Positions 62,515 to 64,000 of a stretch of 64,000 bases of DNA are shown here, piece by piece; the stretch's first letter is position 1; every line of letters starts with the position of its first letter. The stretch covers positions 18,538,001 to 18,602,000 of the forward strand of contig NC_043000.1 of assembly GCF_006345805.1 (NCBI RefSeq), in the 5' to 3' direction. Below the pieces are notes generated by a model that made no database searches, was not told where the DNA came from, and saw only the letters and a program-made list of their open reading frames with translations. A program made the position numbers and the translations under genes. Source of the stretch: Octopus sinensis. Lineage: Eukaryota.

Positions 62515-62812
62515 TTTATGCACCCTTTTCAAGCCTAGCCAGGCTCAAGGGCCCGGTTTCCCGGTTTCTGTGGTGTATGTGTTACCCCCAGCTGGACAGG
62601 ATGCCAGTCCATCGCAGCATTACTCAAGAAACAGGAAGAGGGAGTGAGAGAAAGTTGGGGCGAAAGAGTACAACAGGAGCTGCCACCACCCCCTGCCGGA
62701 GCCTCGTGGAGCTTTGGGTGTTTTCACTCAATAAACACACACAACGCCTGGTCTGGGAATCGAAACTGCGATCCTCCGACCATGAGTCCGCTGCCCTAAC
62801 CACTGGGCCATT
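62515..62812 (-). mobile_element. SINE with the family C tRNA head and a different 3' body
   Basis: 62690-62812 is the reverse complement of the 38980-39110 head; the remainder differs. Confidence 0.75.
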
Positions 62813-63638
62813 GCAAATCCATACACATATATATATATATGTGTGTGTGTGCTAGTGCCACATAAAAAGCACTGAGTCCATTCTGCCAAGTGGTTGGTGG
62901 TTTTAGGAAGGGCATCTAACCGTAAAAACCCTGCCAAAATAGAGTAGCATAGGGTAGTTTTTCTACCTGGCTAGGTCCTGTGAACCATCCTAACCACGCA
63001 TGCGTGGAAGATGGATATTAAACGATGATGATGATGATGATGATGTGTGTGTCTGTTTATCACCCTGCCATCACTTAACAACCAATGCTTGTGTATTTAT
63101 TTTCCTGTAACTTAGCAGTGTGGTAAAAGAGTGATAGAATCAGTGCTAGGCTTACAAAGAGTAAGTCCTGGGGTCAATTTCTTTGACTAAAACTTTTTAA
63201 GGTGGTGCTCCAGCATGGCTGCAGTCAAATGATTGAAACAAGTAAAAGAGTAAAGACCAACCAAATAACAGAAGTTGCGAACTGCTCAGATGTCTCATGT
63301 GGTACATTGCTTCATGTGAATCCCTTGGAACACTTGGGTGCACCTAAAGGTGAGTCTGTTAATCTTACAAGAGACTAAATTACACCTAAGGTGAAACCAT
63401 TTTATATATGCACTGTTCAGTTGCAGTTGACTGCTTTTCACCATTCAATACAATGCAGAACTGGAGGGCTTTCAAAAGAGGTATGTGTGTGGCTGTGTGG
63501 TCAAGAAGCTTGCTTCCCAACTTTGTGGTTTCAGGTTCAGTCCAATTGCACAGAACCTTGGGTAAATGTTTTCTATTACAGCAGTGGGTTGATCAAAGCT
63601 TTGTAAGTGGATTTGGCAGATGGAAATTGTATGTGTAC

Positions 63639-64000
63639 GCGGCGAGCTGGCAGAAATGTTAGCGAGCCGGGCGAAATGCTTAGCGGTATTTCATCTGCCG
63701 TTACATTCTGAGTTCAAATTCCATTGAGGTCGACTTTGCCTTTCATCCTTTTGAGGTCGATAAATTAAGTACCAGTTACGCACTGGGGTTGATGTAATCG
63801 ACTTAATCTGTTTGTCTGTCCTTGTTTGTCCCATCTGTGTTTAGCCCCTTGTGGGTAGTAAAGAAATAGGTATTTCATCTGCTGTTACATTCTGAGTTCA
63901 AATTCTGTTGAGGTCGACTTTGCCTTTCATCCTTTTGGGGTTGATAAATAAAGTACCAGTTACGAACTGGGGTCGATATAATCAATTTAATACCTTTGTC
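63639..64000 (+). mobile_element. SINE family B with a partial tandem second unit
   Basis: gcggcgagctggcag head; the body restarts at ~63869. Confidence 0.88.

Overview
AT-rich, repeat-dense animal genomic DNA. The SINE and RTE repertoire resembles octopus (coleoid cephalopod), but this taxon call is an inference. Two convergent protein-coding genes are supported. (1) On +, a TRP channel with a TRPV-type pore/TM region but about 16-18 ankyrin repeats, almost all in one 3.36-kb exon (probable first coding exon 23752-23850, main exon 26606-29962). (2) On -, a three-exon AZI2/NAP1-TBKBP1-like TBK1 adaptor (58036-57592, 50576-50484, 45713-45091; about 386 aa) ending in two UBZ-type zinc fingers. 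The rest is mostly transposon debris: RTE and Tx1-like LINE fragments, a Penelope-like RT/GIY-YIG fragment, three tRNA-derived SINE families, a Tc1 pseudo-transposase, MITEs with 8-bp, TA or TTAA target-site duplications (TSDs), two solo LTRs and non-autonomous Helitrons. The main signal missed by the ORF track is about 15 type I hammerhead-ribozyme motifs, read by eye on both strands. They belong to several families, show compensatory stem changes and have palindromic stem III. Several sit in long fold-back cassettes, and at least two (probably three) lie in sense orientation inside the TBK1-adaptor pre-mRNA. All structures were folded by eye and are not computationally verified.
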